NCBI GenBank assembly: GCA_963778115.1
Contig: CAVZSV010000004.1
Span: forward strand, 960,001 to 1,024,000
Source: an uncultured delta proteobacterium
Lineage (GTDB): Bacteria; Bdellovibrionota; FAC87; UBA2466
DNA: 64,000 bases
Direction of reading: 5' to 3'
Both the position numbers and the translations under genes were made by a program. The notes under the pieces were generated by a model. That model did not search any database, was not told the DNA's origin, and saw only the letters and a list, made by a program, of their open reading frames with translations. Positions 1-8,382 of this stretch are shown piece after piece. Position 1 is the stretch's first letter, and each line of letters starts with the position of its first letter.

Positions 1-791
1 CTACGGAAAGTGAAAACGTCGTCATAAAATTTAATAAATTGCGTCGGATATCGGCGAACCATGTCTTCTAGTTCGGCGATAAGTCTGTCCACCGAATAAC
101 GGTTTACCGTTTTTCCCTTACCCCGATACATCTGGTTGAACTTCACATTAAAACAATAGGTACAGATGAAAGGACAACCGCGACTCGCCATCACACTTCG
201 CATTCCAAAATCACGCAGACGCGTTTTGGAATAGACTAGTTCCCTGTCGTGAAAGGGCAAATCATCCAAAAAGCTCGTTCGATCCTTCATCGAAACTTTT
301 CCGTCGGCCCGGCGGTTGGTTCGAGTCACTAAGTTGGCAATAGCATCGATGGACTCGTTTTTGGAAAGCGCTTTCAGGATCAGGGGCCAAGTATCGTCCG
401 CTTCTCCCACCGCTAAGTAGTCCATCATCGTGTCTTCGATAGCGAGCAAGGGAGATCCCTTGGCGGCCGGAGGAGCGTTGAGCGTTTCCCCGTACAATCG
501 CATCCTGGCATGATTGAACGTCGGATGGGGACCACCCATGATCGTTTTGATCTTGTCTTTGAATTCGGTTTTAATCCATTTGTTCGCGCGGAACATGATA
601 TTGCTCTCGCCCGTTTTGGCGGAATAGGCGACTAGATCAGGACGAATGGAGCGGACCTCCTCTTTCAAATTATTGTGTTCGAGTACATTTAGAAAAGTCT
701 CATGACCGTCCCGCTTGGCGAGTGCTGACAACAACTCGACGTTCATCGGGTCGATATAGTCTTCCTTGACCATGACAAACATTATCTTCAT
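1..791 (-). CDS. B12-binding radical SAM protein (3' end runs off the window)
   Basis: Manual translation from ATG 791: MKIMFVMVKEDYIDPM...GGPHPT...VGEAD (cobalamin-binding domain)...ASRGCPFICTYCFN (CxxxCxxC)...FYDDVF. Not in the ORF track because it is truncated. Confidence 0.85.
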   Translation of the reverse strand, partial: MKIMFVMVKEDYIDPMNVELLSALAKRDGHETFLNVLEHNNLKEEVRSIRPDLVAYSAKTGESNIMFRANKWIKTEFKDKIKTIMGGPHPTFNHARMRLYGETLNAPPAAKGSPLLAIEDTMMDYLAVGEADDTWPLILKALSKNESIDAIANLVTRTNRRADGKVSMKDRTSFLDDLPFHDRELVYSKTRLRDFGMRSVMASRGCPFICTYCFNVKFNQMYRGKGKTVNRYSVDRLIAELEDMVRRYPTQFIKFYDDVFTFR

Positions 792-965
792 AGGGGGGAT
801 GTCTCTATTTTAGCATGGAATCTCGGGCTACGTCCTTTAGCCTTATCTTCGTAACTTATTAGAATTGTTTTGGAAAAATAGATTCGGTGTAGCTCTTATA
901 AAGAGCGCCTTGTCCGCGTAGCCAAAAGGCGAGCGGGGGGAACAAATTTGCGCCCCTCAGTGCTA

Positions 966-992
966 TTATCGGCACTTTCCCCTTAAACCGTT
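966..992 (-). promoter_or_regulatory. Candidate sigma28 (FliA) promoter facing the radical SAM gene
   Basis: Minus strand AACGGTTT-N11-GCCGATAA versus consensus TAAAGTTT-N11-GCCGATAA. Confidence 0.45.
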
Positions 993-1087
993 AGCTTTTC
1001 ATTGGAAATTGCGTTTCTTCGAACGCCAAGCCCCATTGGCTGCGCCCCATAGCGTCTCTTTTTTCGACATACAGCGGTAGCTTTCGA

Positions 1088-1103
1088 GGGCATAGCCCTT
1101 GCA
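1088..1103 (+). promoter_or_regulatory. Candidate sigma54 -24/-12 promoter for the vWA-kinase operon
   Basis: GGGCATAGCCCTTGCA has GG-N10-GC spacing with TTGCA; about 120 nt upstream of the RBS (GAGGAG) and GTG start. Confidence 0.55.
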
Positions 1104-1224
1104 CAACGAACCCTTGGTATTTGGGAGAACCATGTTGGCGCCCATGAAGGGAGGTCAGCATGCGAGGGGGTAGCAAGCTTTTGTCGCTTTCCTTTAAACA
1201 AACCACAATCCAAGAGGAGACGCT

Positions 1225-2466
1225 GTGAAGATAGTTGCAAAAAACGGCTCTGATTTCAGGCCGAAAGAGGGTGACTTCAGCACCACAACACTCGTGGAAC
1301 TCACACCTGACAATAAGTTAGGTCGTGTGCCTTCCAACGTAGTGTTTTTAGTGGATGCTTCGAGTTCCATGGGTGGAAACAAATGGTCGATGGTGAAAAG
1401 TGCCCTGGGCGAATTGGTCGAATCATTGAAAGATGATGACCGAGTCGCTTTGGTACTTTTTGACTCTTCCGCGAAGGAAGTCTTTCCACTCGCTTCGCTT
1501 TCTCAAAATAGATCTGCGATGAAATCTGCCATTGATAAGCTTGCGACTCCTTCAGGAGTCACGAATTTGGAAGCCGGTCTTAAGATCGCTTTCGGAGCTT
1601 TCGATGCTCGTTCTGCCGCGGATAAAGTGAAACGTGTTAACCATGTAATTCTTCTTACCGACGGTTTTCCTACCGATGGTCAAGGCTATCGCATGGAAAA
1701 GACGGATAAGTACGAAGCGATTGTTCGAGATCAAGAGATGATTACCCTTACGGGAGTTGGTATCGGATCTGCTGACGATTACGATTCTGCTTTTATCAGC
1801 CGTTTATCAGAGTTAGGTCGCGGTTCTTATTATCATGCCAATGACATGACTAAGTTCAAAGAAGGCTTACAAGCCGAGATCCAGAAGTTGCAATCTTCTG
1901 TGGTTGGTGAACTCATCTTGAAATTCTCGAATGTGTCGAGCCGCATGATGCGAATCGCCAAGATAGCGCCTGAAATCGTTATCTATGACATTCCCGGTAA
2001 TGCGAAAAACTTTGAGCTCCCCACGGGCTCGATGACGAAAGATATGACTGCTTTCGTTGTTCAAACCAATTCCCAGGGTACGGGAAACAGCGGGGACGAA
2101 GTCCCGCTGTTCTCCATGGAAGCGGTTTATGACGGTAAACACTCGGAGAAGGTTGACGTTAAAATTCGGACTTCTGAAAAGGACTCCGACTTTAGCCAAA
2201 TCGATCCGGATGTATTCCGAGGCATTCAAGTACTTCAGGTGCAATTGAACGGTGAAGCGATCCGCGAATCACTGGCTTCCGGTGATAAAGCGAAAGCTAC
2301 CCGATTGATTGATAACACCACTCGAATCGCCAGTGACTTGGGGCAAGACAAAGTAACGCGAGCGTTGACCAGACTCGCGGATGACGTCCGCAAGGGCAAA
2401 TCCGTGAAGGACGACCTCGCTACGATCCAGGATGAGTCTAAAAAGACTCGCCTGCTGATCGGGTAA
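1225..2466 (+). CDS. von Willebrand factor A (vWA) domain protein, YfbK/Sll0103-like
   Basis: Complete MIDAS (VFLVDASSSM, GVTNLEAGL, LLTDG); GRGSYYH; C-terminal helical tail ending KKTRL; no signal peptide. Confidence 0.85.
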   Translation: MKIVAKNGSDFRPKEGDFSTTTLVELTPDNKLGRVPSNVVFLVDASSSMGGNKWSMVKSALGELVESLKDDDRVALVLFDSSAKEVFPLASLSQNRSAMKSAIDKLATPSGVTNLEAGLKIAFGAFDARSAADKVKRVNHVILLTDGFPTDGQGYRMEKTDKYEAIVRDQEMITLTGVGIGSADDYDSAFISRLSELGRGSYYHANDMTKFKEGLQAEIQKLQSSVVGELILKFSNVSSRMMRIAKIAPEIVIYDIPGNAKNFELPTGSMTKDMTAFVVQTNSQGTGNSGDEVPLFSMEAVYDGKHSEKVDVKIRTSEKDSDFSQIDPDVFRGIQVLQVQLNGEAIRESLASGDKAKATRLIDNTTRIASDLGQDKVTRALTRLADDVRKGKSVKDDLATIQDESKKTRLLIG

Positions 2467-2475
2467 GGAAACGAA

Positions 2476-3891
2476 GTGCAGCACTGTTCTACATGTAGTG
2501 CTGATCTAATCGCAGGGTCCCTCTTTTGCGACAAGTGTGGTGCGAGTCAGTCGCAAGTTAAAGTTGCGCGCAAACTCAGACAAGCATCTTTCGACACCAT
2601 AAAGGACGCAAAAGAGGGCATCCTATCCCCCGGCGAACGCCTGAAAGGGCGCCATACCTATATCATCGAAGAGGCCATTGCACGCAGCGGCTTCGGTGCC
2701 ACCTTTAGAGCCATCCGACAAAAAGACGAAGGACAGATCCTTATCAAGCAGATGATGGATCAAGCGTCTTACGACCAATTTAAAAATCAGCTAATGGCGA
2801 GCTTCAAACGGGAAGCGAAATTTCTCAAAAAAGTAAAACATCCTGCTTTCCCCCGAGGTTTCGAATATTTTGAGAGAAACCGATCCTTTTATCTCATCAT
2901 GGAATTTATCAACGGTAAGGAGCTCTCCAAAGCCGTTGAGGAATACCGCAAACAAAACAAGGGGCAAATCGAAGATGGACTTCTAGTCTATTTAGGAATG
3001 GAAATTGCCGACGCGCTTGAGGTAGTTCACAACCAAGGCTACATCTACCGAGACATGAAGCCCCAGAACGTGATGCTGGATGGAATCAGCTCGCGTGTAA
3101 AACTTATCGACTTTGGAACGCTCTATCATACTTCCGATACGGATCCGCTTATTTTTGAATCGGAGGGATACACTCCTCCTGAATTTAAAGACAAGAATAA
3201 TAAATTTACCGCTGCCGGAGATATTTATAGTTTGGGCGCGCTTCTCTATGAAATTGCAAAGGCCGGAGATATGCCCAAACCCGATGCGAAGCTCACGGGG
3301 ACCAAGCATGACAAACGGCTAATCGAGATTATCGAAAAATGTCTGAAATTGGACCCGCTGCAACGGTTTCAACGTGCTAAACACGTTCGCGATGAACTAG
3401 GTAAGCTCACCAAAAAAGGCTTTTGGCCGTTTAGAAACTCAAACGCTATTTCACTCGTTGAGATTAACGTATTACCCAAAACGCTATACCCTGCTGCTTG
3501 CACCTTTTGCGAATACTGTGGATTTGCCGATCCCAATTCTCAAGCAGGCTATTGCAAAAAATGTCGGGTCCCATTACGCGTGGGGCGCTTGCAATTAAAA
3601 AATGGAAAGGTCGAGCGAGAATTTTTTCTCTACAGCGACGAAACTATCGTAGGCAGCTCTCCTCAGTGCCATTTTCCCGTAGGCGATCCCAAAGACAAAG
3701 AGGGGGTTGCTTCCAAACACGCCAGAATCTTCCGCCGCAAAAACGGCCTTTGGCTTGAAGCTTTAGATCGAGATAGAGATCTAACTTTATTAAACCAGCG
3801 AAAAATTCTAGGCCCAGTTGAACTCCGCGATGGAGATCAGATTGAGCTTGCTAGCTTAAGTTTGCGATATAGCCTTAAAGACGCTTGCTAG
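2476..3891 (+). CDS. Hanks-type Ser/Thr kinase with N-terminal Zn ribbon, internal Zn ribbon and C-terminal FHA-like domain
   Basis: CSTC...CDKC; ARSGFGAT, IKQM, FKREA, YRDMKPQN, DFG, GYTPPE, GDIYSLG; CEYC...CKKC; FHA-like IVGSS..VASKHARI..VELRDGDQIEL. Confidence 0.88.
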   Translation: MQHCSTCSADLIAGSLFCDKCGASQSQVKVARKLRQASFDTIKDAKEGILSPGERLKGRHTYIIEEAIARSGFGATFRAIRQKDEGQILIKQMMDQASYDQFKNQLMASFKREAKFLKKVKHPAFPRGFEYFERNRSFYLIMEFINGKELSKAVEEYRKQNKGQIEDGLLVYLGMEIADALEVVHNQGYIYRDMKPQNVMLDGISSRVKLIDFGTLYHTSDTDPLIFESEGYTPPEFKDKNNKFTAAGDIYSLGALLYEIAKAGDMPKPDAKLTGTKHDKRLIEIIEKCLKLDPLQRFQRAKHVRDELGKLTKKGFWPFRNSNAISLVEINVLPKTLYPAACTFCEYCGFADPNSQAGYCKKCRVPLRVGRLQLKNGKVEREFFLYSDETIVGSSPQCHFPVGDPKDKEGVASKHARIFRRKNGLWLEALDRDRDLTLLNQRKILGPVELRDGDQIELASLSLRYSLKDAC

Positions 3892-4124
3892 TATCAGAGA
3901 AATCAAAAAACAAATCCGGAAGAGTAACTCAGAAAGTAACAGAAGCTAGAAAGGGAAGTCCTTGCTCAGCGAAGCTTTTTGATGCTATGCCCTTCAACCG
4001 TATCGTGAGGTGGAGAAGAGACTTCAAAAACATCTGCGAATACATCGTTCAAAACACCCTAAAAGCCGTGAGGCTAATCCCTTTCACTCCTCGAAAAAAG
4101 AGACCTCCACCCAAACTGAAATAA
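3885..4124 (+). pseudogene. C-terminal fragment of a Y1 (IS200/RAYT-like) transposase
   Basis: KVTEARKG..LFDAMPFNRIVRWRRDFKNICEYIVQNTL resembles the catalytic-Tyr helix (YxxxN) of Y1 transposases; no HUH N-terminus; overlaps the kinase stop. Confidence 0.5.
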
Positions 4125-4241
4125 AGTCCCAGTACGCCCGCCTGCTCTTCCTAATTGACACCATGCGCCAAAAGGTTAGATTGCTCCTCCGGCTTTAATC
4201 ATAAGGGTTTAGGGGACTCGAATAGCTCCCAGAGAGAGTAA

Positions 4242-5048
4242 ATGAGGAAGCAAGTGCTTAAAAATATATCATTTTTCTTAGTCAGCCTAATTCTGCTCTC
4301 TGCTTGCTTAGACAACCTGGAACGCTCCACGAACGACACTAAAATGGAAGTCCAAGAGTCTAAAATGGCTATCCTTCAGACCCGGGATCTCATCAAAGCG
4401 TTAAGCGACAATCAACAACTTGGTTTTTATGTCCAACTCATGTCGACCAACGACAATCCCAACTTACGCCAATTCAATATCGTTCAAGCGATGTGGGAAG
4501 CTCCCATCGATACCCTATTTGTTCTTTTTGGGGCTTCGATAGATTTGGGAGAGGAAACTTTGGAAGACGGAAAAACTCCCAACGTCACTTTAGTGGGATC
4601 GGTTTCCGATCCTGTGCTGAGATTAGGAGGAATTACTCCTCAGATGTGGAACGAAGAGGCGGCGGCCTGCAAATCATCGCTTTCCCAAATCATAAATTAT
4701 CAAGCCAAGAAAACGACGACACCGGAAAATCTGCGTCTTAATCCAGACAGGTTGTGGAGATCCATCCTGGCCTGTACGGCGGTGGCGGGCGCTCTTCCTC
4801 AACACGCGCTTAGCGATTCCGATCGCGCCAAAACGGATTGGCCCAGAAGTGATAAAGATCTCGTCAATTATGGAAAGATCCGCGATGACATCGAAGACTT
4901 GATGAAACGAGCCTCCGCCGCGGTCGTACTGAGTACCGATCCGAAAGTAGATGCTGAGAGAAGATTGAAAATGGACACCTACATCAAAATTCGGATGCAC
5001 AATAATTTGACGCTAATCCCAAACATTCCGGTAACACCGGCTCAATAA
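4242..5048 (+). CDS. Hypothetical lipoprotein
   Basis: Basic N-terminus, hydrophobic stretch, lipobox LLSAC; no recognised domain. Confidence 0.7.
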   Translation: MRKQVLKNISFFLVSLILLSACLDNLERSTNDTKMEVQESKMAILQTRDLIKALSDNQQLGFYVQLMSTNDNPNLRQFNIVQAMWEAPIDTLFVLFGASIDLGEETLEDGKTPNVTLVGSVSDPVLRLGGITPQMWNEEAAACKSSLSQIINYQAKKTTTPENLRLNPDRLWRSILACTAVAGALPQHALSDSDRAKTDWPRSDKDLVNYGKIRDDIEDLMKRASAAVVLSTDPKVDAERRLKMDTYIKIRMHNNLTLIPNIPVTPAQ

Positions 5049-5055
5049 ACAGACA

Positions 5056-5946
5056 TTAGAAGCAGTGAGTGAGCTCGACGCTGGAGACCCGTCCATTAAT
5101 GTCTTGATACGTTGCCTGACCGCAGGAACCATTGAACGTAAGCGTTTCCGTCTTTCCCACATAGCTGCTTCCCGTATTTTGATCCAGTGAGCCACCATCG
5201 AATAAGGTGATGAGCTTTCCTTCCGTGGGATAACAACAACCTCTGGTAAACTCGAGATTCGAAAGGGTGGTATTGCCGCGAACGCCTTCTAAGTTGTGCA
5301 ACACCTGGAGAGTTCCGTTTACCGTTTGGGTAGTCCCATTGTCCGTAACCGTAAGCGGCATTTGGGTCAGCACCGTCTCATCAAAGGAGCCACTGGTGAC
5401 TTTGATTCCGGAAATACTAATTCCCGTTCGTACTCCGCCAGCCATCGAAATCGTTACCCCTCCTCCCACTGTCGTCTGTTCAAAATTATTGGCATTTAGA
5501 CTGGTGTCTAATGTCACAACCACACCATTTTTATCAGTGCGAGTCGTGCCCCACGCGAAGGTTCGAGTGAAGGTGGAGCGGGGAAAACTCCCACAACTGG
5601 CTGAACCCACTTGAAGGGTAGCCACTTCCGTTCCATTCCACAGGGCGGTTGAAGAGCCGAAACTACAGTTAGCATAGCTTAGGCTATAGGTATCGCCTAC
5701 CTGAGCGCATCCCGAACCAGGGGCGGTTGAAAACGTAGGACACGCGGTACTTGTTCTTAGCCTATCCCAAGCGATGTCGCGAGTTCCGGAACTGCTAGAC
5801 GCGTTGATGGCCCCTCCGATAACCGCCACCGCGCTGCTCGTGGCCGAAACGATGGCACTGCTAGTTGCGGTGCCTATGGCGCAGCTGCCTGAAAGAATAA
5901 GACAAACTCCACATCCACCCAGAATGATAAATCGAAAGCCGTTCAT
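5056..5946 (-). CDS. Exported Thr/Ser/Gly/Cys-rich protein, paralog of 6159-7178
   Basis: Signal peptide ending LSGSC; shares CPTF, CGxFP, TTRT..GVVVT.DTS, EFT.GCC.PT.G and HCF-stop with its neighbour. Confidence 0.75.
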   Translation of the reverse strand: MNGFRFIILGGCGVCLILSGSCAIGTATSSAIVSATSSAVAVIGGAINASSSSGTRDIAWDRLRTSTACPTFSTAPGSGCAQVGDTYSLSYANCSFGSSTALWNGTEVATLQVGSASCGSFPRSTFTRTFAWGTTRTDKNGVVVTLDTSLNANNFEQTTVGGGVTISMAGGVRTGISISGIKVTSGSFDETVLTQMPLTVTDNGTTQTVNGTLQVLHNLEGVRGNTTLSNLEFTRGCCYPTEGKLITLFDGGSLDQNTGSSYVGKTETLTFNGSCGQATYQDINGRVSSVELTHCF

Positions 5947-6158
5947 AGAAAGTTCTCTCGTAATGGTGCGTTAATAAAGGAAGATAGAATAGAAAAGCTA
6001 AAAACTATTTTACCAAAATTTCAGCGCATCATCGGAGCTTTTCTTTTGGCTCGAGCATCATCAGATGCGCCTGGGGATTTTCTTAGGTAACCCCTGTTTT
6101 GACCGATATAATGTTGATGCTTTTTCAAAACTCATCCCCCCATTTTAGGAGAGATCTT

Positions 6159-7178
6159 ATGTTACGTAAAATTACGTTCGCCCGTTGGGTGCTGGGCGTT
6201 TGCTTACTGACGGTAGGCTGTTTATCGATTCAGGGATGTAATTCCTCTAGCACTTCTACCACCGAAGATTCCTCAGCATCGGGAAGTGTCGCTTCATTGC
6301 TCGGAGGAACCTATAATACTTCGGAGAGTAGCGGTACTGTGACGTTGCGCGAAGAGTTTTTTAAACACTCTACTTTTTCGGCTTTCTTAGATCTCTTTAA
6401 TCCTTCGATTAGAAACGCGATGGCGACCATTCTTTGTCCCACCTTCCAAACGGCATCGGGGTCGGGAACGGGCAGCTGCTCGGTTGTTAGTAGCACGATG
6501 ACACTTGATTACGGAACGGGATGCCAGTTTTCCAATTCCGGGGCGACGTGGACGGGATCCCAAACTCTGACGGTTAGCACAGGCTCTCCCACCTGCGGGA
6601 CGTTTCCGGCGGCGGGATCCTATACGGGGACACTCACCCGACTCTTTCCTGCTACCACAACCCGCACATCGGCTTCTGGGGTAGTGGTCACCGTAGATAC
6701 TAGCGGAACAGACTCGGGCTATAATTTCACAAGCCCCGCCAGTGCGCCCTCGGGAGGTGCCGTTGTCACGTTCAGTGGCGGCAACCGCACCCAGATAGCG
6801 TTTCCTGGAATCAATTTAATTGCAAAAACAGAAGCAGGCGTTAATCGGTTTAATCACAGTATTACGACGTCAGGGGGTTCCCCCATATCGCTAAGTGGAG
6901 CATCGGTCACGGGGGGTTCGGTCTTGGTCTATCACAACCTCCTCAAAGTGCTGGGTACGACCACTTTCACTAATGTCGAATTCACCGCAGGATGCTGCAC
7001 CCCCACAGCGGGAACTATCACGACGAGTTTTGCTGCAGTGAGCGGAACGACTCCAACCACAGTGGGAGAAGCGTTCGTGAATAAATCTGAAACACTGGAG
7101 TTTACCGGTTGCGGGACGGCAACCTACACGGGCCCAGAAAGTTACTCGGGCGACGTCACTCTCGGCCACTGCTTCTAA
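6159..7178 (+). CDS. Thr/Ser/Gly/Cys-rich lipoprotein, paralog of 5056-5946
   Basis: RBS AGGAGAG before ATG 6159; lipobox-like IQGC followed by an S/T linker; same motif set as the paralog. Confidence 0.78.
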   Translation: MLRKITFARWVLGVCLLTVGCLSIQGCNSSSTSTTEDSSASGSVASLLGGTYNTSESSGTVTLREEFFKHSTFSAFLDLFNPSIRNAMATILCPTFQTASGSGTGSCSVVSSTMTLDYGTGCQFSNSGATWTGSQTLTVSTGSPTCGTFPAAGSYTGTLTRLFPATTTRTSASGVVVTVDTSGTDSGYNFTSPASAPSGGAVVTFSGGNRTQIAFPGINLIAKTEAGVNRFNHSITTSGGSPISLSGASVTGGSVLVYHNLLKVLGTTTFTNVEFTAGCCTPTAGTITTSFAAVSGTTPTTVGEAFVNKSETLEFTGCGTATYTGPESYSGDVTLGHCF

Positions 7179-7181
7179 TAC

Positions 7182-7214
7182 AAAAGGGGTCAGTCGACTC
7201 GATTGGCCCTTTTT
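7182..7214. terminator. Bidirectional intrinsic terminator
   Basis: AAAAGGGGTCAGTCG-ACT-CGATTGGCCCTTTT hairpin with A and T tracts between convergent genes. Confidence 0.7.
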
Positions 7215-8382
7215 ATTTTTTCTTGGAACGAAGATCCATGTACACGGCAAGAATGATGACGATCCCTTTGAAGACCTTTTGGTAGTGCTCGCTAATCCCG
7301 ACCAGACTCATTCCGTTGTTTAGAACGCCCATAATCAAAACACCAAAGAGGGTTCCTGTGATCGAACCCACGCCTCCCATTAAGCTGGTCCCCCCAATCA
7401 CGACGGCCGCTATCGCATCCAGCTCGGCCAAATCTCCCGCGGAGGGAACCGCGGCATTAACGCGTGCGATATCCAAAAGGCCGGCAAGGCCAGCCAGTAA
7501 GCCCATCACGAAATAGGTGATCCACAAAGTCTTGGCGACAGGAACTCCGGAAAGTTCCGCCGCTTCTCGGTTACCCCCAATGGCATAAATGAATCGTCCA
7601 AAACGGGTGTACTTAAGCGCATACATCGCAGCGACCGTGCAGGACGCCGCCAAGAAAACCATGTAGGGAATTCCCGAATATCCGCAAAAGATGTAGCCCG
7701 ATATGACGCAGAAGATGGCCGTATAAATAGAATTACGTATACAAATAGCCAGACTTCCGCCGCGCCAGTACGAATAGGCCTGACTAGCCAACACACCGAA
7801 GCCCACCAGAACAATAATGGCCAAGCTTTTCTGTTGGGATACATAATCGGAACTCAGACTTCCTAAAGTGGTACTGATCGGAGCAACCGCTTGTGCTCCG
7901 GAAATAATCAAAGTTAAGCCCCGGCAGATCACCATCATGCCCAGAGTTACGATAAATGGGGTGATTTTTAGACGCGCGACCGAAAACCCAGTGAAAGCCC
8001 CGGCAGCCCCCCCGACAGTCACCGCCATTACAATGGAAAGCAGCGCTCCTTCCACCCCCATATGACCAAATCCCCAAGAGACTTGCGATATGGCTCCTAC
8101 CATCCCGGAAAGTGCCAAAACGCTTCCCACTGAAAGATCGATCCCAGAAGTTAAAATGACCATCGTCATTCCCACGGCCAGAGTCAGATTGATACAGACC
8201 TGCCGGGTTAAATTGCTCAAATTTCGGGGAGTCAGAAAAGAACCGTCGCTTAGGTATTGAAATAGGACGGCGCACACGACAAGGCACAAAAGCGGAATGA
8301 CCGATCGGCTCGACATTTTCCACCCCTTAGGGATGGCACGCAACGACGGCATCGGTTTTAGCGTCTGACTAATGGATTCCAT
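7213..8382 (-). CDS. xylH: Xylose-type sugar ABC transporter permease
   Basis: PRNLSNL, IDLSVGS, FIVTLG, YAIGGN.EAA.LSG, ELDAIAAVVIGGTSL.GG. Confidence 0.8.
   Translation of the reverse strand: MESISQTLKPMPSLRAIPKGWKMSSRSVIPLLCLVVCAVLFQYLSDGSFLTPRNLSNLTRQVCINLTLAVGMTMVILTSGIDLSVGSVLALSGMVGAISQVSWGFGHMGVEGALLSIVMAVTVGGAAGAFTGFSVARLKITPFIVTLGMMVICRGLTLIISGAQAVAPISTTLGSLSSDYVSQQKSLAIIVLVGFGVLASQAYSYWRGGSLAICIRNSIYTAIFCVISGYIFCGYSGIPYMVFLAASCTVAAMYALKYTRFGRFIYAIGGNREAAELSGVPVAKTLWITYFVMGLLAGLAGLLDIARVNAAVPSAGDLAELDAIAAVVIGGTSLMGGVGSITGTLFGVLIMGVLNNGMSLVGISEHYQKVFKGIVIILAVYMDLRSKKK

Noticed and set aside
983..1240. Small minus-strand ORFs upstream of the vWA gene
   Set aside because: They lie across the promoter region with no RBS or recognisable domain.
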